Shown: piece by piece, positions 55,850-64,000 of the stretch
Layout of the letters: every line of letters begins with the position of its first letter
Numbering within the stretch: position 1 is the stretch's first letter
Assembly: GCA_038060895.1 (NCBI GenBank)
Contig: JBBTCT010000001.1
Coordinates: forward strand, 320,001-384,000
Length of the DNA stretch: 64,000 nt
Source: Planctomycetota bacterium
GTDB lineage: Bacteria > Planctomycetota > MHYJ01 > WSZJ01
Direction of reading: 5' to 3'
Position numbers and translations under genes: made by a program
The notes under the pieces: generated by a model
Told to the model about the DNA's origin: nothing
Databases searched by the model: none
Seen by the model: only the letters and a program-made list of their open reading frames with translations

Positions 55850-56250
55850 CGCAGGTCTTTGCGGACACGCACTTCTTCATCGCGCTGGTGAATCCTTCGG
55901 ATCCGGCGCATGCCATTGCGCGAAAGCAACGGGAGCAGAAGGGACGCACGCTCGTTACGACCACTTGGGTGATCGCCGAGTTCGGGAACGCGATGTCGAG
56001 AGGTGGAAGCAGAGCCCTGTTTCTCGCGATGCTTGATGCTCTCTCTGCGGCGAAGAACACGGTGGTCCTGAACCCTACGCGATCGGTCATCGACTCAGCC
56101 GTGGATCTGTTCCGCGAGCGACCTGACAAAGATTGGTCACTGACGGACTGCGTCTCCTTCGTAGTCATGCAAAGGCGCGGTATCCGCGATGCACTGACTG
56201 GAGACCGACACTTTGACCAGGCCGGATTTCACGCCCTCCTCGGTCAATAG
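55846..56250 (+). CDS. vapC: PIN-domain VapC toxin
   Basis: VFADT, VIAE, WSLTDCVSF, ALTGDRHF.QAGF. Confidence 0.9.
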   Translation: MTQVFADTHFFIALVNPSDPAHAIARKQREQKGRTLVTTTWVIAEFGNAMSRGGSRALFLAMLDALSAAKNTVVLNPTRSVIDSAVDLFRERPDKDWSLTDCVSFVVMQRRGIRDALTGDRHFDQAGFHALLGQ

Positions 56251-56261
56251 CAGGAGTCTCC

Positions 56262-56675
56262 ATGACGCCCCTCGATCCAGCCCTGGCCGAACTGCGCCGG
56301 CGAAGCAAGACGGTCCCGACACCCCCTCGCCTTCCTACCGACGCGGAAGTGACGGCAATGGAGGAGACACGGGGCGTGACCTTTCCCTCGGATTACCGGA
56401 GGTTCCTGCTCAAAGCGAGCGACGTGTGTGCGGGTTCATTCGAGCCAGCGACCATCACGAGTCCACGGTCGCACACATACTTGCCTGATGTAGTCGCGTC
56501 GGCCCGAGAATGGGGAGTGCCCCCAGAACTACTGCCCATCTGCGAAGACAACTCCGACTTCTACTGCCTGAACTCCGCCGGCGAGATTTGCTTCTGGTCG
56601 CATGATAGCGCGACTGATGAATGTTGGCCCAACCTCGCAGCTTGGATAGAGCAAGTCTGGCTCCGTGGGGAATAG
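56262..56675 (+). CDS. SMI1/KNR4 (SUKH) family immunity-like protein
   Basis: EVTAMEE..GVTFPSDYRRFL, LLPICEDNSDFYCL, FWSHD, WPNLAAWI. Confidence 0.85.
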   Translation: MTPLDPALAELRRRSKTVPTPPRLPTDAEVTAMEETRGVTFPSDYRRFLLKASDVCAGSFEPATITSPRSHTYLPDVVASAREWGVPPELLPICEDNSDFYCLNSAGEICFWSHDSATDECWPNLAAWIEQVWLRGE

Positions 56676-56775
56676 CTGTCTTGTCTGCCCGCAGCCTTGG
56701 GTGCCACCCGGTGCCGCCGCAATTCGCGCGTCATTTTGGTCCACGATCCGCGCGTGATAAGCTCGCCTTCCCGAG

Positions 56776-59700
56776 ATGCGCCGCCGAGAGCTGACAGCGT
56801 TTCACGCCTCCTTCTTGCTCCTCGCGAGCGGCCTGTGTGCTTCCGCGCAGGGCGTGCAGCACTGGGGATTCGGGCACGGTTCGCTCGCGACACTGCAGAC
56901 GCGCGAGGACGGGTCGCGGGACCTGGTTGTCTACGAAGCGCCGCTTCGCGCGAAGGACGCCGCGTGGCTGGTGCGATGGCGGTCGGAGAAGATTGCGGGG
57001 CCGCAGGCGGCGGCGTGGGTGGCGTGCGGGGATTTCAAGCCGCAGAAGGTCGGCAAGGCGTACGTCGTGGTTGCGACGGCCGACGGCGCCGGGCTCACGG
57101 TGACGCTCTACGATCCGCCCGAGGTCTTCACGACACGCGCCTGGGCGGCCCTTCCCGCAAAGAACCGCCTCATTCCCGCGGAGAAACTGGGCGGCACGGT
57201 GGAGCACATCGCCGCGGGAAATCTGTACGGCAGTCGCCTCGACCCGGATGGGCTGTGCGTTCTCATCCGCTCGGGTGAGGGCGACACGGCGAACTGGTTC
57301 GTCGGGCAAGTGCGCGTGCCGATGGACGAGAAGGGCGAGGCCGAGCTGACGCGGCGCGAGCCGCTTCCCGTCAAGGCGGACCCTTCGTTTGTCGCGGGGT
57401 TCGCGGTCGGGGACTTCTGGGGGACGGGAGAGGACTCCATCTGTTTCCCGATCGGCGGCGAGGCGGGGACTCAGCTGAAGTTCCTGCGGTGGGGGCGCGA
57501 AGTTTCGCCGGGGGCCTGCTTCGTGAAGGTCGTCGATGACATCGCGCAGGACGTGCCTCCGCTCGCGACGGGCGGGATCTGCGCGGCGGATTACCTGAAA
57601 GACGGATTCGACGCGATCACGCTTCTGCCGGCCGATCCGGAAGCGCCGATGGAAGTCCGGGTGGCGCCGGCGAGGGAGCCCGGCAAGGGGCGAGAGCCGG
57701 GGCCGTTTTACAACGGGCACATGCCGTCGCGGCAGGCGTGGCCGGGCTTCGGCGGGTATATGTCGGTCGTGTCGATGCGCGGGCGGCCAGAGGGCCTCGA
57801 CAAGCGCAAAGAGGGGCCGCTTCCCATCGCCGGCGGGCCCGTGTTCGGCTACGTCCGCGGGACGCTCGACGGGCAGACGCGCGCAGCCAATGTCCTCGAC
57901 GAGCGCGGCGACGCCGGGATCGCCTGCGCGCACCGCATCGCGCCGTGGAACGTCGGGGAAGGCGAACCGCATTTCGGGTGGCCGCTTCAGGGGGAAGAAA
58001 CCTCGTGGCAGATCGTCGTGAAGAACAACGGCAAGCACGAGGTGGCGGGCGGCGGGAAGCTGCGGGTGTGGCTCTGCACGGACAAGCCGAACGCGGATCT
58101 GACGGGCGTGAAGCCCGACATGGAAATGCTCGTCGAGCGGATGGAAGCGGAAAACGCCGACAAGCCGGACTACAAGATTTTCACGGTGAAAGGACCCTGG
58201 CCGTGGGCGCTGGTGGATTGTCCGGGGGAGAAGTGGAAGCGGCTGAATCTTGGCGAGGTCGGGGAGCGGTGGCTGATCGCGACGATCGAGGCGCCCGGGG
58301 ACGTGAACGAGCGCGACAACCGGCTCGAGGTGCCGTGGCACGGGCTTCCATATCACCCGATCCTGCGCGACTGGGGCAACCTGCGCGACTCGCGGCCGAT
58401 GGTCCCGGGGGATCCGCCCGGGCTTGAGTACCTGATGCGCAAGACCGCCGACGCCGTGAACGCCACGTGGGCGCGCGCGGGCGGCGCTTACAACGAGGAT
58501 GCCCTCATCCGCGTTTTCTTCGACGGCTTCGACGTCGGCTGGCCGGACGACGTGCCGGAGAGGGAGAAGGAGCGGACGTGGCGAGCGTACCGCGAGAAGT
58601 ACGAGGGGCTGCGGCAGCTCGAGTCGCACTGGGGCGGGGACTGGGAGCGGCTGGACTGGAAGGGGCCCGAGAAGCCGGAGGACAAGCGGGTGGTGAAGGA
58701 CCCGCTGAAGGACACGGCGGACGAGCTGAAGGAAGTGGCGCGGCTGTTTCATCCCCTCGCGGGGATCGACGAGGGGAAGCTGTCGCCGTCGCTGACCGGG
58801 ATCGCGACGCTGGGGGACGGTCGCCCGGTGCAGATGACGTCGCGCTACTGGACGGCGGACATCCTGACGACGGGGCACCGCGTGGCGGGCGTGCCGGCGG
58901 CGGAGTACGCGCGGCGGTACATGCAGGGAGTGCGCGGCGTGAAACTGCCCGCGTGGAGCGAGATGGCTCCGGACAAGGTCATCGCGCGGGTGCTGGACCG
59001 CGACGGAAACCCGGTCTCGGGCGCGACGGTGACGCTGTGGCTCTACGGGAAGACGTCGTCGCTGCGTTCCGGAACCACGGATTCCGCCGGGCGCTGGGAC
59101 ACCGGGCATCCGTTCGGTCCCGGTGCGCCGGACATGTTCGGGAAGAAGCACTGGACCGACGGGCTGCAGGTCGATCCGGCGGCGATTCTCGTCGTCACGA
59201 TCGGGTTCCACAGCGAGGCCTTCCTTCTCGGCGCGGACGACGCCGGGGCGCACGGCCGCCTGGCCCTGTTTCTCCACTCGATGACGGATCCCAGGGAGTG
59301 GGTCACCAACCTGCGCCTGAACTGGCACAAGAACGCCGCGCCTCCGGACTTCACGATCGACCTTCCCGTCCAGGGGACGATGGTCGAGCTGCAGGTGAAC
59401 GGAACGCCCGGCCGCAAGTACCGGCTCTACCGCCGCTGGGAGCCGGCGTGGATCCGCACGCTCGTCGGCGAATACCCCACCGGCGACGGCAAGGTCGTCG
59501 TCCCTCTCGAACTCACCGCCCCCGACTCCTGGGGCAAGGGGCGCTTCCGGGCGTCCTACGAAGTCACATGCGTCGACGCCGCCGGGAACGAGTCGCTTCC
59601 CAGGTTTGCCTCGGCCACGGCCCTGCAGAATGTCCTGGGCCTTTCGCTGACCGCCACGGACCGCCTCTCGATTGCAGCCGGAAACGGCGACGCCGACCCG

Positions 59701-60732
59701 TTCGGTATCGAGCTCAAGTATCCGTCGACGTCCCTCCACCGCGAGATGCTCCTGAGCACGAGCCGCGAACACGCCGCCCGGAAAATCGTCCGCTCGAACA
59801 TCCACCCGCTGCGGCTCTTCGTCACCCTCAAGGCCTCGGGCGAACTTCCCCCCGTCTGCCTCGACATTCTCGACTCCTGGCAGGGCGGCCCTTACGAGCG
59901 CAAATACGACCTCGGGACGGCGAACGGGAAGCGCGGCGGCCCGAAGGAATTCCGGGTGCGCAACCCGACCCAGCTCGGCGAGCTGAACCAGGGCGACGTG
60001 ATCACGTGGAACACGAAGTCCGCGCGCGTCGCTTCGATCCAGCGCGAGTGCGTTTTCCTCGACGCGCCGATCTTCGACATGGAAGTTGACCAGGTCACCG
60101 TTCAGATGACTCGCGCGGCCGGCCGCCTCGGAGAGAATTCCAACTCGCGCGAGCTGTGCGACCCGCGGGGCCTGATGATCCTCCCCGTCGGCAAGGAACA
60201 CGTCGCGATCGCCGACACCGGCAACAACCGCATCGTCGTCTGGGACGACACCACGAAATTCGTCTCGTACTACGGCGGCGACAAGTTCCGCCCCTGCGCC
60301 CTCGGGCTCGACCCGCGCGACTCCAAGGTCTTCTTCGTGGTGGACCGGAGACCTGACCGCAAGAGCTTCCTCCTCCGCCTCACCTTCGGCGGCAAGACGA
60401 TCGAGCGCGACCACAAGTGGAACCTCGACGCCGGGGACTGGAACGGCGAAGAGCAGGGGCTCGCGGTCCGGCGCCTGTACGACGAGCTCGACCGCGTCCA
60501 GCTCGCCGTCACGGACGCCGAGAAGGGCCGCGTGCTGCTCTTCACCGTGATGCCCGACCACCTCGTCGCCAACGGCGTCGTCAAGATCGTCACGGGAACC
60601 CACGCCGGGCCGCTGGCGCTTCAGGCCCCCTCCGACTGCATTTTCGTGCCGGGCGAGAAGAACGCCGCAAGGCTCTTCCTGGTTGACGGGATGGACCGGG
60701 TTGTCGAGGGCGGAGCGTCAGTGCCCAAGTAG
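56776..60732 (+). CDS. Large secreted multidomain protein (CARDB-like, carboxypeptidase-regulatory-like, FN3-like, NHL repeats)
   Basis: Signal peptide, VKNNG..NERDN, VLDRDGNPVSGATVTL..TTDSAGR, VDAAGNES, DPRGL..IADTGNNRIVVW. Confidence 0.78.
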   Translation: MRRRELTAFHASFLLLASGLCASAQGVQHWGFGHGSLATLQTREDGSRDLVVYEAPLRAKDAAWLVRWRSEKIAGPQAAAWVACGDFKPQKVGKAYVVVATADGAGLTVTLYDPPEVFTTRAWAALPAKNRLIPAEKLGGTVEHIAAGNLYGSRLDPDGLCVLIRSGEGDTANWFVGQVRVPMDEKGEAELTRREPLPVKADPSFVAGFAVGDFWGTGEDSICFPIGGEAGTQLKFLRWGREVSPGACFVKVVDDIAQDVPPLATGGICAADYLKDGFDAITLLPADPEAPMEVRVAPAREPGKGREPGPFYNGHMPSRQAWPGFGGYMSVVSMRGRPEGLDKRKEGPLPIAGGPVFGYVRGTLDGQTRAANVLDERGDAGIACAHRIAPWNVGEGEPHFGWPLQGEETSWQIVVKNNGKHEVAGGGKLRVWLCTDKPNADLTGVKPDMEMLVERMEAENADKPDYKIFTVKGPWPWALVDCPGEKWKRLNLGEVGERWLIATIEAPGDVNERDNRLEVPWHGLPYHPILRDWGNLRDSRPMVPGDPPGLEYLMRKTADAVNATWARAGGAYNEDALIRVFFDGFDVGWPDDVPEREKERTWRAYREKYEGLRQLESHWGGDWERLDWKGPEKPEDKRVVKDPLKDTADELKEVARLFHPLAGIDEGKLSPSLTGIATLGDGRPVQMTSRYWTADILTTGHRVAGVPAAEYARRYMQGVRGVKLPAWSEMAPDKVIARVLDRDGNPVSGATVTLWLYGKTSSLRSGTTDSAGRWDTGHPFGPGAPDMFGKKHWTDGLQVDPAAILVVTIGFHSEAFLLGADDAGAHGRLALFLHSMTDPREWVTNLRLNWHKNAAPPDFTIDLPVQGTMVELQVNGTPGRKYRLYRRWEPAWIRTLVGEYPTGDGKVVVPLELTAPDSWGKGRFRASYEVTCVDAAGNESLPRFASATALQNVLGLSLTATDRLSIAAGNGDADPFGIELKYPSTSLHREMLLSTSREHAARKIVRSNIHPLRLFVTLKASGELPPVCLDILDSWQGGPYERKYDLGTANGKRGGPKEFRVRNPTQLGELNQGDVITWNTKSARVASIQRECVFLDAPIFDMEVDQVTVQMTRAAGRLGENSNSRELCDPRGLMILPVGKEHVAIADTGNNRIVVWDDTTKFVSYYGGDKFRPCALGLDPRDSKVFFVVDRRPDRKSFLLRLTFGGKTIERDHKWNLDAGDWNGEEQGLAVRRLYDELDRVQLAVTDAEKGRVLLFTVMPDHLVANGVVKIVTGTHAGPLALQAPSDCIFVPGEKNAARLFLVDGMDRVVEGGASVPK

Positions 60733-61269
60733 GGCCGCCGTCACCCGCCGAAGTTCGGCGTCGAAGGCGGTATCCGTAAGGACGAGACCCGCGCGCGCGA
60801 CTTCGATGTCCTCTTCGAGTTCGATCCACGATCGGCAGCCGCGGTAGGCGGGCCGAAGTTTCAAGGTGACGGGCCGTTCAAGCGCCGAAACCCGGACCGC
60901 TACGGCCCAGAGCGGGCCCTCCCCTTTGCGTTCGAGACGCTCGGCGGCGACCGCGTCGCTCCAGGAGTGGAGTCCGCTGAGGCGGGCGAGCGAAGCGGCG
61001 TCGGGGACCGGCCACGCTCCAGCGGTCGTGGCGCAGAGAGAGATCACGACCTCATCGTCCGCCGGTGTCGCCAGCGAATTCGCCGGCACGGCGTCCGCGA
61101 GCTGGCCTGCCGACTGATGGAATTGAGTCGGGAAGAGCAGGAACGTCCCCTGCCCGGGATGGAACGCGCCATCGGGGTCGGCGATCCCGCCGCGGCGGAG
61201 AATCAGGATCGACGACCCGCGGCCGAGCGCGAAACAGACGGCGGCCCATTCCTTGAAGGCGGTCTTCAT
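60718..61269 (-). CDS. DUF1802 family protein
   Basis: AFKEWAAVC, LILRRGGI, FLLFPT.FHQ, Y.GCRSWI. Confidence 0.85.
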   Translation of the reverse strand: MKTAFKEWAAVCFALGRGSSILILRRGGIADPDGAFHPGQGTFLLFPTQFHQSAGQLADAVPANSLATPADDEVVISLCATTAGAWPVPDAASLARLSGLHSWSDAVAAERLERKGEGPLWAVAVRVSALERPVTLKLRPAYRGCRSWIELEEDIEVARAGLVLTDTAFDAELRRVTAALLGH

Positions 61270-61569
61270 GGTTGAAGTGTACGGAGAGCGCGTGGGAAAA
61301 TCCCGCGTGTCAGGCTGCGTCGGCCCCGCATCAAATACGCGCCAATTCTAAGGATCTTAAAGGCCGGCACACCCGGCCGGACATGCCATTTTTTATTTCG
61401 CGCGACCGGCCGGACAGCCGAGTTTTTTATTTATTCGGCGCCCTGGCTGGTTCCGCCGCCGGCGACCCGAACATTCCCGAACATTCCTAAATCCACGGCG
61501 CAATCTGCACGCAGCCGCAACTCCTTGGGAATACTTGAATTGCAATCGATCTAAAATGCAAATTCCTTT

Positions 61570-61597
61570 TTGCGTCGCTTCCCCTTACCCCTATACT
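61570..61597 (+). promoter_or_regulatory. Putative sigma-70 promoter
   Basis: TTGCGT, 16 nt, TATACT, within an AT-enriched intergenic region. Confidence 0.5.
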
Positions 61598-61726
61598 CCT
61601 CACCCAAGGAACGTGGCCGGCAAAGCGCCACCACCTCTTCCCCTACCGCCCGGCGCCTTTCGGGTGCCTCCGGCTCACCCCGGACCGCCCGGCCGGCTCG
61701 AAAGGCCCCTTCGGAGGAATCACTTG

Positions 61727-62497
61727 ATGGGAAACCCGAACAGCGAACCCGACTCGCGGCCGTCTGCCGCAACACTGACGCCTGACCTCAAGACCGACAT
61801 TGAAATGTGGCTCAGCCACGACGTGACGAAGCGCAACGGATCGCTCGTGCGAATCGTCGCCCTCGGAGCCACCGCTGCCCGCGCCCTCGTCGAAACGATG
61901 TTTCTCAACGCGCGCGAATCCCTCCGGCAGTCGCAACTCCAGAACGCCCTCCGGGAAATCGGTCCGTCCGCCTTCCAGCCGATCGCGCAGGCCCTCGGCA
62001 GGATTCCGGCGATCAAAACCATGACCGACGTCGCGCTTCTCGAGGATCTCACCGAAACCCTTCTTTCCCTCGACGGCCGCCGCGGTGCGCCGGTCGCGGT
62101 CGAACAGCTGTCGAAGCTTTCGGCGGTGCCGATCGGAAACCGCCTCATGGCCGAGACCATCAACAACGCACGGCTGCGCCTCGTCGTGAAGACGGCCGGC
62201 ACGTGCTGTTCTCCGGAAGCGGTCGACGAAGTCCTCGCGTACCTGGGTGACGGAACGACACTCGTGCCGCTCGCGCTGATCGAAGTGCTGGAAAAGTGCG
62301 GCGACCGGCGCGCGCTGACGCCGCTTCTCAGGCTGTTCCCTCGCCAGAACGCGGCGAGCGAGCATTCGGGGCGCCAGATTTCGGAAGCGTTCCGGGCGAT
62401 TGTGAAGAGAGAGAAGCTCGCCATCGATTCCGCGGCGTTTGCAGACTGCGGGGCGAACGAGAAGGAGCTGGCCGCGCGCTGGTTTGCGAAAAAGTAA
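61727..62497 (+). CDS. HEAT-repeat-like alpha-helical protein
   Basis: GGAGG SD. ALREIGPSAF.PI..AL and LEKCGDRRALTPLL motifs. Confidence 0.7.
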   Translation: MGNPNSEPDSRPSAATLTPDLKTDIEMWLSHDVTKRNGSLVRIVALGATAARALVETMFLNARESLRQSQLQNALREIGPSAFQPIAQALGRIPAIKTMTDVALLEDLTETLLSLDGRRGAPVAVEQLSKLSAVPIGNRLMAETINNARLRLVVKTAGTCCSPEAVDEVLAYLGDGTTLVPLALIEVLEKCGDRRALTPLLRLFPRQNAASEHSGRQISEAFRAIVKREKLAIDSAAFADCGANEKELAARWFAKK

Positions 62498-62518
62498 CCG
62501 TCCTTGATCTGATCATTG

Positions 62519-62542
62519 GCCCCGGGAAACCGGGGCTTTTTT
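62519..62542 (+). terminator. Intrinsic terminator
   Basis: GCCCCGG-GAAA-CCGGGGC-TTTTTT. Confidence 0.85.
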
Positions 62543-62549
62543 GTTGGAC

Positions 62550-63488
62550 CTACTTCGCAGGCACGACTCGCTCGAAATAGCCTCTCACGATCTCGCGATC
62601 GGCTTCGGGAAATCCATCGCGCCCCGTGAAGGCCTCCGCCTGGCGCCGGTACGCGGCGAGGCGCTCGGGATCGGTGGCCGCTTCGGGCGCGCCGCCGGCG
62701 GCCGCGCCCGCGTCGAGGCCGAGGCCGGAGGAGGGTTTCCAGGCTCCTTCGCCGACAAGCGGGTCGACGTGCTCGGGGCGTTCGCGGAGCTTCTTGCGTT
62801 CGGGGTCGCCAAACAGCGGCGGGGGTGGCGCCGGGCGGCCCCGTCCGGGAAGCGCGCCGGGGCCGGTTTCTTCTCCGTCGGCGGGGTTGGCAGTCCCCGA
62901 CCGGCCCCCACCGCTTCCTCCTCCGGCAAGTTCCCGCTCGCCGATGGTGGCCCCGCTTCGGGGACGGCGCGCGCGGACCGGACTTGCGGCCTCCTCGCGC
63001 CGGGGATCGGGCAAGGGAAAGAGCGCGACGAGAAGGGCGGCGATCACCGCGGCGAGCGCCCAGCGGCGGCGGCCTGCCACGGGGGCGGGAAGGACTCGGC
63101 CCGGGGCGGCCGCAGACAAGTCCGCCTCCGCCTGCCGGCGCAAGAGCGGCGCGAGGGCGCCCGGCGCGTCTTCGAGCGCGGTGGCGACGCTGTCATGAAG
63201 GCCGAGGGAGCGATCGGCAGCGCGGGCGAGGTCGGTGGCGGCGGGGCGGGTGGTGACGGCACGGATCAGAGCCGCCGCGGCGGAAACCACCAGCGCCGCG
63301 CCTAGTGCCACGAAGGCGCCGCTCGCGGTCGAGAGCGGACGCCCGCCCGGCGAGAACTCGAGGCGAATGCGGTCGGCGACCAGGACCGATGCGGCCCCGT
63401 ACGACGTCCAGAAGAATGCGTCCAGGAAAGCTTCGCGAGCGGCGACGACCCGGGCGCGGCGGGCAAGGCGGTCGAGGAAGTCGCGCAT
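62550..63488 (-). CDS. Membrane protein with Gly/Pro-rich region
   Basis: TM helices, ARAADRSLGLHDSVATALE, C-terminal P.ADREIVRGYF motif. TAATG overlap. Confidence 0.7.
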   Translation of the reverse strand: MRDFLDRLARRARVVAAREAFLDAFFWTSYGAASVLVADRIRLEFSPGGRPLSTASGAFVALGAALVVSAAAALIRAVTTRPAATDLARAADRSLGLHDSVATALEDAPGALAPLLRRQAEADLSAAAPGRVLPAPVAGRRRWALAAVIAALLVALFPLPDPRREEAASPVRARRPRSGATIGERELAGGGSGGGRSGTANPADGEETGPGALPGRGRPAPPPPLFGDPERKKLRERPEHVDPLVGEGAWKPSSGLGLDAGAAAGGAPEAATDPERLAAYRRQAEAFTGRDGFPEADREIVRGYFERVVPAK

Positions 63489-63982
63489 TACTGGAACCCG
63501 CCGAGGAAGAGAATCCCGAAGTTGAAGACGGCGTGCGTCGCGAGCGTCGCTTCGGCGCCGCGGCGGATGTAGACGATGGCAAACAGGATCCCGATCGGGA
63601 AGACCTGCAGGAATTTAACCATCTCAGGGTTCATGGTCATCGCGTGCCCCGCGGCCCAGATCGCGGACGACAGGATGACGGCGATGGCGGTCGAGCCCTG
63701 GGCCCTGCGCAGGAGGAGGCGCAGGGCGTTGAGCAGGAAGAGGCGCACGAAGACTTCTTCCCAGATCGCGGCGGCGATGCCGAATCCGAGCTGGAGGAGG
63801 ATGTTCCCGGCAAAAATGACGAGGACAGGCTCGGTACCCTGCGCCGGCTGCGGAGGCTTGCCGGTCATGACCTCGCATCCCTTGAAAAGGATGACCGACC
63901 AGGCGAGGGCGACGCCACTCGCGACAACGGCGATGCCGAGAGTCTCGAGAACCGGTTTCCTGGCCTTCTCCGGCTCGGTCAT
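63488..63982 (-). CDS. CPBP (CAAX/Abi) family intramembrane glutamic endopeptidase, possibly 5'-truncated
   Basis: EEVFVR, WAAGH, THAVFN motifs. The frame stays open to the window edge. Confidence 0.85.
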   Translation of the reverse strand: MTEPEKARKPVLETLGIAVVASGVALAWSVILFKGCEVMTGKPPQPAQGTEPVLVIFAGNILLQLGFGIAAAIWEEVFVRLFLLNALRLLLRRAQGSTAIAVILSSAIWAAGHAMTMNPEMVKFLQVFPIGILFAIVYIRRGAEATLATHAVFNFGILFLGGFQ

Positions 63983-64000
63983 CGCGAGGCGGGTGACGGG

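Noticed and set aside
63488-63982. Abortive-infection defence gene
   Set aside because: The Abi label of the CPBP family is historical. The motifs indicate an ordinary intramembrane protease.

Overview
High-GC bacterial chromosomal window. Planctomycetota affiliation is likely (inferred from the planctomycete-type ECF sigma/Ser-Thr kinase pair, the DUF1570-like paralogs and the fused ResB-CcsA). It holds about 55 real CDSs. Housekeeping genes include hemW, mlaE/mlaF, ccsBA, metF, pgeF, aat, clpC, larE and a Ski2-like helicase. Signalling genes include two ECF sigma factors, a Ser/Thr kinase, a class III cyclase-ATPase-TPR protein and a GAF protein. There are also two type II toxin-antitoxin pairs and many secreted proteins. 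I saw no rRNA, tRNA, CRISPR array or transposase. Most notable: (1) a hidden selenoprotein, a lipoprotein TlpA-like oxidoreductase with an in-frame UGA at the first position of its redox motif (U-x-x-C) followed by a SECIS-like hairpin; (2) a tandem array of five secreted HExxH (DUF1570-like) paralogs, one catalytically dead, punctuated by three different long palindromic elements, one of them in frame in a gene's 5' end; (3) a secreted LanC-like cyclase with a Cys-Cys-Cys zinc site fused to a gingipain/C25-like domain, with no lanthipeptide genes nearby; (4) an AbrB-Doc TA pair translationally coupled to a kinase-type ECF sigma factor; (5) a Chlorobium-type RuBisCO-like protein coupled to yjbQ; (6) pervasive leaderless promoters and an ECF sigma gene apparently lacking a canonical start codon. 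All family assignments come from motif recognition by eye, not from database searches.
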